Source: an uncultured delta proteobacterium
GTDB lineage: Bacteria; Myxococcota_A; UBA9160; SMWR01
Length of the DNA: 64,000 nt
NCBI GenBank assembly: GCA_963832165.1
Contig: CAWHTE010000002.1
Coordinates: 429,484 to 493,483 of the forward strand
Direction: 5' to 3'
This document shows, piece after piece, positions 1 to 10,371 of this stretch. How positions within the stretch are numbered: position 1 is the first letter of the stretch; each line of letters begins with the position of its first letter. Made by a program: the position numbers and the translations under genes. The notes under the pieces were generated by a model, which was not told the DNA's origin, did not search any database, and saw only the letters and a program-made list of their open reading frames with translations.

Positions 1-440
1 AAGAAGCCGCCCTCCGCGATCCAGCGCGCGGGCGCCGCGGCAAAGCGCGGCACCACGGGCCCGGTCACGACGTCGGCGCCCGTGCGCTCGGCGACCGCGA
101 GAAGCGCGTCGAGCCAGCCCGGCGTGGGAAGCTCGTCGTCGTCGATGAACGCGATCCAGCGTGCGCGCTCGAGCGCCGCTGCGAGCGCCGCGTTGCGCGC
201 GTGCGGGATTCCGCGGCGCGGCTCGACGCGGTAGTCGATCGGAAGAGAGAGCTCCGCGCGCGCCCGCTCCGCCACCGCGCGCGCGGACGCCTCGGCGTCG
301 TTGTCCACGATCACGACCGCGAGACTCGGCGCGGGTCCAGCGAAGGTCTGCTCCGCGATCGCGCGCAGCAGCGCGGCGAGCCCGTCCGGGCGGCGGAAGC
401 TCGCGATGCAGATCGCGACGTCGACGGGACCCATCGCCAT
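1..440 (-). CDS. Glycosyltransferase family 2 (ExoM-like), runs off window start
   Basis: Not in ORF track; minus-strand translation from ATG at 440 (GAAGGGAG upstream): MAMGPVDVAICIASFRRPDGL..VIVDND..RGIPHARN..WIAFIDDDE; paralog of 1987-2889. Confidence 0.9.
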   Translation of the reverse strand, partial: MAMGPVDVAICIASFRRPDGLAALLRAIAEQTFAGPAPSLAVVIVDNDAEASARAVAERARAELSLPIDYRVEPRRGIPHARNAALAAALERARWIAFIDDDELPTPGWLDALLAVAERTGADVVTGPVVPRFAAAPARWIAEGGF

Positions 441-612
441 CTCCCTTCCAAGCCTCCTGAATCGGATGCGCGCACGCGCGGCTGAAGGCCCGCGGGTGAA
501 CCGGTGTGGCCGCTTTTCCCCGCACGGACGGGCGCCTCGGGGCGCCGCCTGCCTCAAGCCGAAGCGCCAAGTAGCCGATTTCAAAGGCGCGGGAGGTCGC
601 GCGCACAGGGCC

Positions 613-1986
613 ATGAAGCTGTCTACGTTGCGCGCCGTTCACGTCGCCACCGATGCGCTGCTCGTGTCGCTCGGATGGCTCGCCGCGTACGGCGTCCGCT
701 ATGCGATGGCGGAGCCGATCGGCCGCGCGATCAATCCGCTCGACTGGTATCTGCGCGCGCTGCCGATCGTCGTGGTGCCCTGGATCGCGACCTGCTGGTG
801 GTTCGGGATCTACCGAAGCCGACGCACGCACACTGCGGTCGACGAGCTCTCGAAGCTCATGCGCGGCGCGATGCTGGGCCTGCTCGTGCTCTCCGCGGTC
901 GGCTTCTTCTTCAAGGAGCTCGAGTTCGGGCGCCTGGTCGTGCTCGCGAGCGCGGGCCTGAACCTCGTGTTCCAGGGCGCCAGCCGGATGGTCTTCCATC
1001 GGCTCGAGCGGAATCTGCGGCGCTCGGGCAGCTCCGACATGCGCGTGCTGATCGTGGGCACGGGCGTACCCGCGATCCGTCTGCTCCAGAAGCTCCAGGA
1101 CCACCCCGAAGACGGCTATCGCGTCGTGGGCCTGCTCGACGATGCGCTCGAGCCGCCCGAGAAGGACGTGGCGGGAATCCCCGTCCTGGGCCACATCGAC
1201 GACCTGCGCGCGATCGCGACCTTGCACGAGGTGGAGGAGATCTTCATCGCGCTGCCGTCGCTCTCCCACGCGCACATGCTCGCGCTCGTGCTCGAATGCG
1301 AGGACCTCGGGATCACGTTCCGCGTCGTGACGAATCTGTTCGAGGTGCTCACCGCGGGCACGCAGCTCGACCTGATCGACGACCTGCCGCTCGTGCGGCT
1401 CGGACTCGAGCGCGTACACCCGCTCTACGAGCCGTGCAAGCGCGTATTCGATCTGGCCTGCGCGATCACCGGGCTCGTCGTTGCGGCGCCGCTCCTGGCC
1501 TGGGTGGCGTTGCGGCTGCGACAGAGCGGTGTGTCGCCGTGGTTCGTGCACGAGCGGATCGGCCGCGACGGCCGGCCGTTCCGGCTGATCAAGCTGCGCA
1601 CGCTGCGCGACGACGTCGGCCCCTACGAGGAAGCTCCGCGCGGCGCCGACGATGCGCGCGTCACTCCGTACGGGGCCTGGCTGCGCGCCACGAGCATCGA
1701 CGAGCTTCCGCAGCTCTGGAACGTGTTGCGCGGCGAGATGTCGATCGTGGGGCCGCGCCCCGAGATGCCGTTCGTGGTGGAGCGCTACGACGAGTGGCAG
1801 CGCCGCCGCCTCGGGGTGAAGCCCGGAATCACGGGACTCTGGCAGATCCTCGGCCGCAAGGATCTGCCCATGCACGAGAATCTCCAGTACGACTTCTATT
1901 ACATCCGCAACCGATCGCTCGCGCTCGACGCGTCGATCCTGTTGCGCACAGCGGGCGCGGTGTGGTCGCGCCGGGGGGCGTTCTAA
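613..1986 (+). CDS. Undecaprenyl-phosphate priming sugar transferase (WcaJ/WbaP-like)
   Basis: N-terminal TM helices, Rossmann-like VLIVGTG, C-terminal [37 protein letters not shown]. Confidence 0.95.
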   Translation: MKLSTLRAVHVATDALLVSLGWLAAYGVRYAMAEPIGRAINPLDWYLRALPIVVVPWIATCWWFGIYRSRRTHTAVDELSKLMRGAMLGLLVLSAVGFFFKELEFGRLVVLASAGLNLVFQGASRMVFHRLERNLRRSGSSDMRVLIVGTGVPAIRLLQKLQDHPEDGYRVVGLLDDALEPPEKDVAGIPVLGHIDDLRAIATLHEVEEIFIALPSLSHAHMLALVLECEDLGITFRVVTNLFEVLTAGTQLDLIDDLPLVRLGLERVHPLYEPCKRVFDLACAITGLVVAAPLLAWVALRLRQSGVSPWFVHERIGRDGRPFRLIKLRTLRDDVGPYEEAPRGADDARVTPYGAWLRATSIDELPQLWNVLRGEMSIVGPRPEMPFVVERYDEWQRRRLGVKPGITGLWQILGRKDLPMHENLQYDFYYIRNRSLALDASILLRTAGAVWSRRGAF

Positions 1987-2889
1987 GTGACCGACGTCGA
2001 CGTTTCGATCTGCATTGCCACCTATCGCCGGCGTCACGGGCTCGCGCGCCTGCTCGACAGCTTGTCGCGCCTGAAGCTGCCCGAGGGCGTGCGCGCCGAG
2101 GTGATCGTGGTCGACAACGACCCCGCGAGCGATCCGGCCTACACGCTCGACGCCGACGCCGTGCCGCCGTTTGCGCTGCGCTGGCTGCGCGAGCCGCGCC
2201 GCAACATCGCCTACGCGCGCAATCTCGCGGTGGCGAACGCGCGCGGGCGCTGGGTTGCGTTCGTCGACGACGACGAGGTGGTCGACGAGCACTGGCTCGC
2301 CGCCTACTGGGAGCGCGCCTCCGAGGGCGAGTGCGACGGCTACTTCGGCCCCGTGCTGCCGCGCATCGAGACCTGGTACACGCCGTGGCTCGACGTGTCG
2401 TTCTTCGAGCGCCCGCGCTTCGTCTCGGGCACCCGGATCACGAACCTGGGCGCCCACACCTGCAATGCGTTCGTGCGCCGCGCGCTCCTGCGCGACGCGA
2501 TGTTCGACCCCGCGTTCGGTCGCAGCGGCGGCGAGGACACCGCGCTGTTCCGGCGACTCGCCGCGCGCGGTGCGCACTTCGCCTGGTGCGACCAGGCGAT
2601 CGTGCACGAGTACGTTCCGGCCGCGCGCCACCGGCCCGGCTGGCTCGCGCAGCGCGCGTTCCGCGGCGGGTGTGTGCACGCGCAGATCGAGCACGAGCTC
2701 GGACGCGTGCCGTCTCGCTCGGCGGCTGTGACGCAGTCCAGCGCGGCAGCGGGTGTGCTGCTCGCGGCGGCCACGGCGCTGCTGATCGGCGGGCGCGCGC
2801 GTTCGCTGCGCGTGCTGCTGCAAGCGGCGGTCCAGGCCGGCAAGGGCTGGGGGCACCTGGGCGGGGGATTCCAGGAGTACTCCGACTAG
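1987..2889 (+). CDS. Glycosyltransferase family 2 (ExoM-like)
   Basis: ICIATYRR, VVDND, ARN, FVDDDE, GGEDT motifs. Confidence 0.92.
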   Translation: MTDVDVSICIATYRRRHGLARLLDSLSRLKLPEGVRAEVIVVDNDPASDPAYTLDADAVPPFALRWLREPRRNIAYARNLAVANARGRWVAFVDDDEVVDEHWLAAYWERASEGECDGYFGPVLPRIETWYTPWLDVSFFERPRFVSGTRITNLGAHTCNAFVRRALLRDAMFDPAFGRSGGEDTALFRRLAARGAHFAWCDQAIVHEYVPAARHRPGWLAQRAFRGGCVHAQIEHELGRVPSRSAAVTQSSAAAGVLLAAATALLIGGRARSLRVLLQAAVQAGKGWGHLGGGFQEYSD

Positions 2890-2890
2890 C

Positions 2891-4093
2891 ATGCGGATCG
2901 CGCTCTTCCACAACCGCTACCGCGAGCGCGGCGGCGAAGACACGCTCGTCGACACCGAGTCCGAGCTGCTCGCAAAGGGCGGCCACGAGGTCGTGCGCTG
3001 CATCGTCGACAACCGCGAGGAGCTGTCGAGCGCGCTCGGCGTGATCCGCACGGCGCTGCGCGCGCGCCGGAATCCCGAGAGCGCCGCTCGCGCTGCCCGG
3101 CTCGCGGGGGAGGCGCCGCTCGACGTCGCGCACGTGCACAACTTCTTTCCCGTGCTCTCGCCCGCGATTCACGAGACGCTCTCGGCGCTCGGCGTTCCCG
3201 TGGTCCAGTCGCTGCACAACTATCGGCTGCTGTGCGGGAACGGGTATCTCATGCGCGATGGGCGCGTGTGCGAGGAGTGCATACCGCGCGGGCCGTGGCA
3301 CGCGGTGCGCTACGGCTGCTACCGCGGCTCCCGTGTGCAGACGGTGGTCTGGTCGGACGCGATCTCGCACCACCGCGCGCGCGACACCTGGCGCCGCTGC
3401 GTCGATCGCTTCGTCGTGCCGACCGAGTTCGTGGCGACGAAGCTGCTCGCGGCGGGGCTACCGCGCGAGCGCGTCGAGGTGTTGCCCTACGTGGTCGCCG
3501 ATCCGGGCGAGCCGGCGCCGCCGGGGCACGGCGCGGTGTACGTGGGCCGGCTGTCGCCCGAGAAGGGCGTCGACCTCTTGATCGACGCGTGGCGCGAGCA
3601 GGGCGGGGCGCCGCTCGAGATCGTCGGCAGCGGCCCCGCCGAGGCGGAGCTGCGCGAGCGCGCGCGCGGCGTGCCGGGTGTGCGCTTCCTGGGCGTGCAG
3701 GACCGGGAGGGCGTGCTGCGCGCGCTGCGCGCGGCCGCGTTCGCCGTGGTGCCTTCGCGCTGGTACGAGATCGCGCCGTACGCGGCGATCGAGGCGCTCG
3801 CGTGTGGCCGGCCCGTGGTGGCGTGGCGCGGTGGCTCGCTCGCACAGCTCGTGAGCGACGGGCATTCGGGTCTGCTGTTCGACGCGCTCGAGCCCGCGAG
3901 CGTCGCGCGCGTGTGCACGGCGCTGCTCGGCGACGCGGAGCTCGTGCGCCGGCTCGCCGCGGGAGCGCGCGAGGACTATCTCGACCATCACGCGCCCGAG
4001 GCCGGACTCGCCGCGCGCGAGAGGCTGTACGCCGCGGTCAGCGACGAGCGGCGGCGTGGAGAATCGCCCGGCGCAGACCGCCCGCGAGCGTAG
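2891..4093 (+). CDS. Glycosyltransferase family 4
   Basis: HNRY..GGED, VHNFFP, YVGRLSPEKG, PSRWYE..EALACG. Confidence 0.93.
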   Translation: MRIALFHNRYRERGGEDTLVDTESELLAKGGHEVVRCIVDNREELSSALGVIRTALRARRNPESAARAARLAGEAPLDVAHVHNFFPVLSPAIHETLSALGVPVVQSLHNYRLLCGNGYLMRDGRVCEECIPRGPWHAVRYGCYRGSRVQTVVWSDAISHHRARDTWRRCVDRFVVPTEFVATKLLAAGLPRERVEVLPYVVADPGEPAPPGHGAVYVGRLSPEKGVDLLIDAWREQGGAPLEIVGSGPAEAELRERARGVPGVRFLGVQDREGVLRALRAAAFAVVPSRWYEIAPYAAIEALACGRPVVAWRGGSLAQLVSDGHSGLLFDALEPASVARVCTALLGDAELVRRLAAGAREDYLDHHAPEAGLAARERLYAAVSDERRRGESPGADRPRA

Positions 4094-5222
4094 CCGGGCC
4101 GAAACGCTTCGCGGTGTCGCGAGCCCGTGCGCCGAGCCGCGCGCGCTCGGGATCCGCGAGCGCGTGCGCGAGCTCGCTGCGCAGCCGCTCGGGATCGGTC
4201 GGATCGCACAGCCATCCCGTCTGGCCGGGCTCGATCAGATCGTCGGCGCAGCCCGCGAGCCGCGAGCACAGGACGGGCAGTCCGCACGTCATCGCTTCGT
4301 TCACGACCAGGCCCCAGGGATCGCCGAGGCTCGGGAACACCAGCAGGTCCGACGCCGCGTAGGCGGCCGCGAGCGCGTCGGGGCGCAGCGCGGGCAGCCG
4401 CGCGATCGCGCCCGCGCCGCACGCTCGGCGCGCGTCGTCGACCGCGCCCGCGAGCGGGCCGTCGCCCACGAACAGGAGCGTCCAGCTCGAGCGCGCGGAC
4501 TCGGGCAGCTCCCGCCACGCGTCGAGCAGCGGCAGCACGCCCTTCGACGCCTCGAGCCGCCCCGGCACCAGCGCGATCTGCTCGCGCGTGCCGAGCGACG
4601 CGCGCAGCGCGAGGCGCTCCGCGGTCACGTCGAGCGCGGCGAAGCGCGCTTCCCACCACTCCGCGGCGTGCGCGTTGGGCGCGTCGAACAGCCGCGCCTC
4701 GGGTACGCCGAGCCCGCGCAACACCTCGCGCGCCTGGACTCCCATCCCCACCACGGCATCCGCGCGCGCGAGCAGCGCGCGGCGCAGCGCGCGCTGGAGC
4801 GAGCCGACCGCTGCGGCCGCGCTGCGCGCGTGGTAGCTCCAGATCACGAGCGGCACGCGGTAGAGCGCCGCGTAGGCGGCCGCGAACATCGTGCGCGGGC
4901 CGAGCTCGCTCGTCACCACGACGTCGGGAGCGAAGCGGCGCAGGGATCCGAGCGCGCCCCACGGAACGTGCAGCGTCGACCACTGCTCCGACGCCTGTGC
5001 GCGGTGCGCGCGCACGCGCCGGCGCAGCGACGCGCCGCCCACGATCTCGACGTCGAGGTCCGCGCGTCCCTGCTCGTAGGCGCCCTCGAAGGCGCGCTGC
5101 CAGCTCGGGTCGTCGGCCGCGGACAGCAGCACGCGCAGCTGCCAGCCCGGCGTCGCGGCGAGATCGCGGTACACCGGCAGGCGGTACGGCGTGAGGATGT
5201 TGGTCAGCAGCGCGACGCGCAT
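4038..5222 (-). CDS. Glycosyltransferase family 4
   Basis: C-terminal part of ORF 4038-7013 from MRVALLTNILTPYR; GRLEASKG, FPSLGDPWGLVVNEAMTCGLPV. Confidence 0.92.
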   Translation of the reverse strand: MRVALLTNILTPYRLPVYRDLAATPGWQLRVLLSAADDPSWQRAFEGAYEQGRADLDVEIVGGASLRRRVRAHRAQASEQWSTLHVPWGALGSLRRFAPDVVVTSELGPRTMFAAAYAALYRVPLVIWSYHARSAAAAVGSLQRALRRALLARADAVVGMGVQAREVLRGLGVPEARLFDAPNAHAAEWWEARFAALDVTAERLALRASLGTREQIALVPGRLEASKGVLPLLDAWRELPESARSSWTLLFVGDGPLAGAVDDARRACGAGAIARLPALRPDALAAAYAASDLLVFPSLGDPWGLVVNEAMTCGLPVLCSRLAGCADDLIEPGQTGWLCDPTDPERLRSELAHALADPERARLGARARDTAKRFGPATLAGGLRRAILHAAARR

Positions 5223-6919
5223 CAGTAGGCCTTGTAGAACGCGATCGGCGCCGAGCGCGGCGGCTCGTCGACTGCGAGCACGAGCAGGCCGCGCGTTCCG
5301 TCGGCGTCGAACGAGACGGAGTGCCGCTTCGCGTCCAGGAATCGCACCGCGGCGGCTGCGAGCGGCTCGCCGTCGATACGGATCGGGTTCGCGGTGCCGA
5401 TCGGGAGCCAGCGATAGGGCGCGGAGACGAGCAGCTCGAAGCTGGACTCGGCGCCAGCGTTGCCCTGCAAGCGGCGCCCCGCAACGAACACGGAGTCTCG
5501 ATAGGGCTGATAGTTCTCGTCCCAGAACGCGCGCAGGGGCGCCGGGAACTGATTGAGCCGGAACGACTGCACGAGGTAGTGCACGGGCTCGGCGCGGAAG
5601 CGCGCGATCAGATGATCGACCTCGCGATCGCGCTGCGGGCCCTCGAACGTGCGGTAGATGCGCTGCGAGAACCAGAGCCCGATCGGCTGGCGCACGCCGC
5701 AGAACAGAGCGGTCTCGGGTTGGAAGCCCGCGCGATCGGGCGAGAAATTGCGGTGCACGAAGCGCAGGCTTTCGCGCTGCACCGCCTGACTGTCGTCGAG
5801 CGCGAGGGCCGTGTGCAGGACCGCACCGAGCCCGAGCGCGGCCCAGAGCACGGGCGACCCGAGGCGCGCGGTGCTCGGCCAGGGCGCGAACGCGCTGCGC
5901 AGCGGGGCCAGCGCGAGCGCGAAGGCGACCGCTGCGAACAGCCCCAGCGTCATGAGGAAGTAGGCGAACGCGGCGGCGTGGAACGCACCGACGCCGACAC
6001 CGAGCGCGAGCACGGCCCACGCGAGGGCCATACGCCGCGTGCGCGCGGCCTTCATCGCGAGCGTCGCGGCGCTCATCGCCGCGAACAGCGCGAGATGGGG
6101 CACGAGCGACGGCAGCGTCGCGAGGTACTGCGAGTAGCCGATCGTCGCGCGATAGAAGTCGAACACGTCGAGGTAGTTGCGCACGGTCTCCGGCGAGGTG
6201 CCCGAGATCGCAGAGTGGGTCTCTGGCACCTCGAACGCGATCGCCACGAAGCCGCGCCAGGCCGCGAGCACGAGCAGGGCACCGAGCGCAGTGCCGCCTG
6301 CGCGCGCGAGCTCGCGGCGGGTGCGCCACTCGGTGCGCAGCGCGAGGTCGCCCGCGGCGAGCAGTCCCGCGAGCGCCGCGACGTAGGCGAGCTTCTGGGT
6401 GCCGAGCCAGCCGATTCCGAACGCCACGCCCGCCACGAGCGCGAGCCACGGACGCCGACGCGAGGCGAGCAGCGCCGCCGCGCCCCACGCCCCGCCGACC
6501 AGCGCCACCTGGTCGGTGCGGACCTGGATCGACCATTCGAGAAATGCGGGCAGGAGGCCCAGCAGCGCCGTACCGAGCGCCGCGTCGTGCCAGCGGTGGC
6601 GATCCGCGGGCAAGAGCTCGCATAGCAGTACGAACACGCCCGCCAGGTAGCCCCAGGTGAGCGCGAGCCACGCGAGCCGCGCAGCGCGCCCCGTCGCGAT
6701 CTCGTCCGCGCATGCGCGCACGAGTGGAAGCAGCGCGACCTGCGGCAGGCCCGGGTGCCCCGCGCTCTGGAGCTCGCCGAGCTGTGCCGTGAGCGCCACG
6801 TCGTGGAACAGCGCGAACTCGTCCCAGTTGAAGGCGGTCGTGAACACGGTCGCGACGCGCAGCGCCGCGAATCCGAGCAGCGCGCACGCGAGCGCGATCC
6901 AGCCGATCCGGCGGGCCAT
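5222..6919 (-). CDS. Polytopic membrane protein, probable GT-C fold (PMT/ArnT-like) glycosyltransferase
   Basis: Many TM segments, WDE acidic motif after first helix, VRTD motif, soluble C-terminal domain; coupled to GT4 gene. Confidence 0.6.
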   Translation of the reverse strand: MARRIGWIALACALLGFAALRVATVFTTAFNWDEFALFHDVALTAQLGELQSAGHPGLPQVALLPLVRACADEIATGRAARLAWLALTWGYLAGVFVLLCELLPADRHRWHDAALGTALLGLLPAFLEWSIQVRTDQVALVGGAWGAAALLASRRRPWLALVAGVAFGIGWLGTQKLAYVAALAGLLAAGDLALRTEWRTRRELARAGGTALGALLVLAAWRGFVAIAFEVPETHSAISGTSPETVRNYLDVFDFYRATIGYSQYLATLPSLVPHLALFAAMSAATLAMKAARTRRMALAWAVLALGVGVGAFHAAAFAYFLMTLGLFAAVAFALALAPLRSAFAPWPSTARLGSPVLWAALGLGAVLHTALALDDSQAVQRESLRFVHRNFSPDRAGFQPETALFCGVRQPIGLWFSQRIYRTFEGPQRDREVDHLIARFRAEPVHYLVQSFRLNQFPAPLRAFWDENYQPYRDSVFVAGRRLQGNAGAESSFELLVSAPYRWLPIGTANPIRIDGEPLAAAAVRFLDAKRHSVSFDADGTRGLLVLAVDEPPRSAPIAFYKAY

Positions 6920-7020
6920 GCGTCTGGATCGGCTTTGCGCGTGGCGCGATTGAGGGTTGATCCGCCCCGTTGCACACGCACGAGCGCGCGCCGCAGCCGC
7001 GGGGCATGGGCAACTGAACA

Positions 7021-7057
7021 TGTAACTATTTGAGATTATTAAAGATTTAATTCAAAA
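7021..7057. promoter_or_regulatory. AT-rich patch between divergent genes, with IHF-like site
   Basis: tgtaactatttgagattattaaagatttaattcaaaa in GC-rich background; minus strand TCTCAAATAGTTA differs from WATCAANNNNTTR at one position. Confidence 0.4.
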
Positions 7058-7139
7058 GGCAGCCGGGGAGCGCGGGACTTCACCCGCGCTCGCGGCGCGC
7101 CGATACAGATGGGGCACACCCCTCGGAGGAAGGGCGCCG

Positions 7140-7463
7140 ATGCGACTCGCACTGGTACTCGCGACCTGCCTCGCGCTGCTGGCTCCTGCCGCCGCGTCCG
7201 CGGGCCCGCGGTCGCGCCACAACCGATGCGACTGGATCGCGCGGCAGCTCGTGAGCGCCGACGCGAAGAAGCAGCGCGCCGCGGAGATCGACGACGCGCT
7301 AGGCGTCGACAAGTTCGAGAGGCGCCTCAGCTACCTCGAGGATCACTTCGAAGAGCACTGCCCCGTGCAGGCCGCCGAGCAGAATGCGGCACAGCAATTC
7401 GCCGCGATGCTCAAGAATGCGGGGCGTGCGGCCCTCTCCTATCTGACGCTCGGCGCCTACTGA
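7140..7463 (+). CDS. Small secreted hypothetical protein
   Basis: Signal peptide ending ASA, GGAGG upstream, host-like codon usage, two mature Cys. Confidence 0.8.
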   Translation: MRLALVLATCLALLAPAAASAGPRSRHNRCDWIARQLVSADAKKQRAAEIDDALGVDKFERRLSYLEDHFEEHCPVQAAEQNAAQQFAAMLKNAGRAALSYLTLGAY

Positions 7464-7502
7464 TCGCGTTCGCAGAGATCCGAACCTAGGATCTGCGCTC
7501 GC

Positions 7503-9443
7503 ATGTGTGGCATCGCCGGATACGTGCTCCGCTCGGCCCGCCCGCGGCGCGCCGCAGCGCTGCGCGACGCGCTGCGCCGGATGGCCCACCGCGGTCCCGA
7601 CGACGAAGGACTCGCGTTCTTCGATCCGCAGAGCGCCCGGATCTGGAACTTCGTCACCGAGCAGAGCGACGCGCGCGCGGTCGGCGCTACGCCGCTCGGC
7701 GGAGGCGAGGCGTTCCCGCACGGCGCCGCATTCGGCCATCGCCGCTTCTCGATCGTGGGGCTCGATGCGAGCGGCCACCAGCCGATGTGGACCGCCGACG
7801 GCCGCGTGTGCGTGAGCGTGAACGGCGAGATCTACAACTACGTCGAGCTGCGCGCGGAACTCGCGGCAGCCGGCCACGTGTTCCGCTCGGCCTCCGACTC
7901 GGAAGTGCTCGCGGTGGCCTACCGAGCGTGGGGCACCGAGTGCTTCGCGCGCTTCAACGGGTTCTACGCGGTCAGCCTCTACGACGCCGAGCGGCGGCGC
8001 GTGCTGCTCGCGCGCGACCGGCTCGGCGTGGCGCCGCTCTACGTGAGCGAGACGTCGGAGGGGGTGTTCTGGGCGTCCGAGGTGCGCGCGCTGCGCGAGC
8101 TCGCGGGCAGCGCGTTCACGGTGCGCCACCAGTCCGTGGTCGATTTCGTCGCGTGGCAGCGCCGTGACTACCACGACTCGACGTTCTGGAACGAGATCTC
8201 CACGCTGCCGAGCGCGAGCTTTGCGTGGGTGGACGGAGAGCGTGGACTCGAGACGACGCGCTACTGGTCGCTGCCCGCGCAGCGCGCGCGCGCGACCGAC
8301 CTCGATCCCGACGCCTGCGCGCGCCGGCTGCGCGAGCTGCTCGACGACGCGACGCGACTGCGCCTGCGCGCCGACGTGCCGGCCGCGGTACAGATCAGCG
8401 GCGGGATGGACTCCTCGGCCATTCTCGCGCTCGTGGCGAACCACGCGCCTCGGATCTCCGCGTTCACGGTCTCGTTCCCGGACCCGCGCTACGACGAGGA
8501 GCCGTTCGCGCGCGCCGTGGCGGATCGCTACCGCGCGCAGGTCGACTACCACGTGTTCGAGCCACCCGACGACGACTTCCTGAACGCCGCGGACGACTTC
8601 GTCGAGCTGATCGGCGAGCCGTTCCACTCGCCGAATCTGTTCACGGCCAATCGCATCTGGCGTCGGATGGCCGACCAGGGCTACCGCGTGAATCTCTACG
8701 GTGGGGGTGGCGACGAGGTGCTCGCGGGCTACGTCGGCGAGTACTTCTACCCGTATCTGCGCTACGTCGCGCGGCATCACGGGCCCGCGCGCGCTCTGCG
8801 CGAGCTGTGCTCGCTGTCCGAGCGCGGCCCGGGCTTTTTGGGTGCGGACTATCTGCTGCGCGCCGTACGCGCGGTGCCGGGCACCCAGCAGATCTACCGG
8901 CGCCTGCGCGCGCCGTGGCGGCGGCATAGCGACGCGTTCGTGCCGCCGGCGGGCGTGCGCGCGCGCGCGGGCGCACCGGAGCCGATCGAAGAGCGCATGG
9001 TCGAGCTCGCACGCGATCAGCTCCTGAACTACTGGCTGCGCATCGACAGCCAGAACAGCATGAGCATTCCGCTCGAGCTGCGCACGCCTTATCTCGACTA
9101 TCGCGTGGTCGAGTTCGCGTTCTCGCTGCCGCTCGAGTACCTGATCCGCGACGGCTGGATGAAGTGGCTGCTGCGCAAGGCGATGGACGACCTGCTGCCG
9201 GCCGAGGTCGCCTGGCGCCGCGTGAAGGGCGGATTTCCGTTCCCGATCGGCCCGTGGCTCGAGCGCCACGAGGAACGCATCCTCGCGATGCTTGCGAAGC
9301 TCGACTGCCCCTATCTCGACCCGCGCGTGCTCGCATCCGAATGGAAGACCACCGCGCGCCGCGACCCGAACCGGATGTGGTCGCTCGTCTCGATCGGGCT
9401 GTGGTGGAAGAAGTGCATCCAGGGCGAAGCCCTGGTGGCCTGA
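7503..9443 (+). CDS. asnB: Asparagine synthase-like glutamine amidotransferase
   Basis: MCGIAG, HRGPDDEG, GHRRFSI, NGEIYNYVELR, ARDRLG, SGGMDSS, LELRTPYLD. Confidence 0.92.
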   Translation: MCGIAGYVLRSARPRRAAALRDALRRMAHRGPDDEGLAFFDPQSARIWNFVTEQSDARAVGATPLGGGEAFPHGAAFGHRRFSIVGLDASGHQPMWTADGRVCVSVNGEIYNYVELRAELAAAGHVFRSASDSEVLAVAYRAWGTECFARFNGFYAVSLYDAERRRVLLARDRLGVAPLYVSETSEGVFWASEVRALRELAGSAFTVRHQSVVDFVAWQRRDYHDSTFWNEISTLPSASFAWVDGERGLETTRYWSLPAQRARATDLDPDACARRLRELLDDATRLRLRADVPAAVQISGGMDSSAILALVANHAPRISAFTVSFPDPRYDEEPFARAVADRYRAQVDYHVFEPPDDDFLNAADDFVELIGEPFHSPNLFTANRIWRRMADQGYRVNLYGGGGDEVLAGYVGEYFYPYLRYVARHHGPARALRELCSLSERGPGFLGADYLLRAVRAVPGTQQIYRRLRAPWRRHSDAFVPPAGVRARAGAPEPIEERMVELARDQLLNYWLRIDSQNSMSIPLELRTPYLDYRVVEFAFSLPLEYLIRDGWMKWLLRKAMDDLLPAEVAWRRVKGGFPFPIGPWLERHEERILAMLAKLDCPYLDPRVLASEWKTTARRDPNRMWSLVSIGLWWKKCIQGEALVA

Positions 9444-9445
9444 GT

Positions 9446-9504
9446 GCAAGGAGGCCGACGACCGTCGGCCGACGCGCAGCGAGGCATAGCCGAGCGAAGG
9501 CGGG
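9446..9504 (+). repeat. Intergenic palindromic repeat, family B copy 1
   Basis: GCAAGGAGGCCGACGACCGTCGGCCGACGCGCAGCGAG..GAGCGAAGGCGGG nearly identical to 35808-35865. Confidence 0.85.
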
Positions 9505-9564
9505 AGCCCGAGCGCGAGCGAGGAGCGAGCGCGAAGGCCCGGCCAAGTTACACTCGCGCCGCCG

Positions 9565-10371
9565 ATGACACGCACGAAGGTGATTGCGATCGCGCTGCTG
9601 TGCGCCGGACTCGTGTCGCCGGTCGCCGCGGGCGCGCGCGGCGCGGACGGCGACTTCGAACAGCGCCGCTCCTCGCACTTCGTGTTGCACCAGGACGTCG
9701 CGATCGACCAGTCCGGCGGCTTCCGCGGCTCGCGCCGCTTCGAGCAGCAGGTGCTCGACGAGCTCGAGCGCGCCTACGATGCGCTCGGCCACTGGCTCGC
9801 GTTGCGGCCGCCGCGGCGGATCGACGTGGTCGTCTACGACCCCGCGCGCTTCGACGCCGAATTCGCGGGTCAGTTCCGCTTTCCCGCGGCCGGATTCTAC
9901 CACGGGGTGATCCGCGTGCGCGGCGACACGCAGCTCACCACCGGTCTCTCGCGCGTGCTGCATCACGAGCTCGTGCACGCGGCACTCGATGCGGCCGCGC
10001 CCACGCTGTGGCTGCCCGGCTGGGTGAACGAGGGCGCCGCCGAGTGGTTCGAGGCGCGCACCTCGGGCCAGCGCGGACTCGCGACGCGGCAGCGCGCCGC
10101 GCTCGAGGGGATCGCGCGCAGCGGCGAGCTCCAGTCGCTCTCCACGCTCGCGTCGCCGACCTTCGCGGGGTTCGACCGTCGCGCGGCGCAGATCGCCTAT
10201 CTCCAATCCTACGCGCTGATCGACTACCTCGCGCGCGCGCAGGGCGAGCGCTCGCTCGCGGACTTCCTCGCCGAGCTGATCCAGAGCCGCAGCCTCGACC
10301 GCGCGCTGCGGCGCGTGTATCGCCTCGACGCTGCGACGCTCGAGGCGCGCTTCGCGCGCGAGCTCTCCTAG
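9565..10371 (+). CDS. Secreted peptidase MA-like zinc metalloprotease
   Basis: Signal peptide, HELVH (HExxH), P.WVNEGAAE third ligand. Confidence 0.85.
   Translation: MTRTKVIAIALLCAGLVSPVAAGARGADGDFEQRRSSHFVLHQDVAIDQSGGFRGSRRFEQQVLDELERAYDALGHWLALRPPRRIDVVVYDPARFDAEFAGQFRFPAAGFYHGVIRVRGDTQLTTGLSRVLHHELVHAALDAAAPTLWLPGWVNEGAAEWFEARTSGQRGLATRQRAALEGIARSGELQSLSTLASPTFAGFDRRAAQIAYLQSYALIDYLARAQGERSLADFLAELIQSRSLDRALRRVYRLDAATLEARFARELS

Noticed and set aside
7503..9443. Lasso peptide cyclase with 7140-7463 as precursor
   Set aside because: Intact N-terminal Cys glutaminase domain, no B1/B2 genes, and the small ORF has a Sec-type signal peptide
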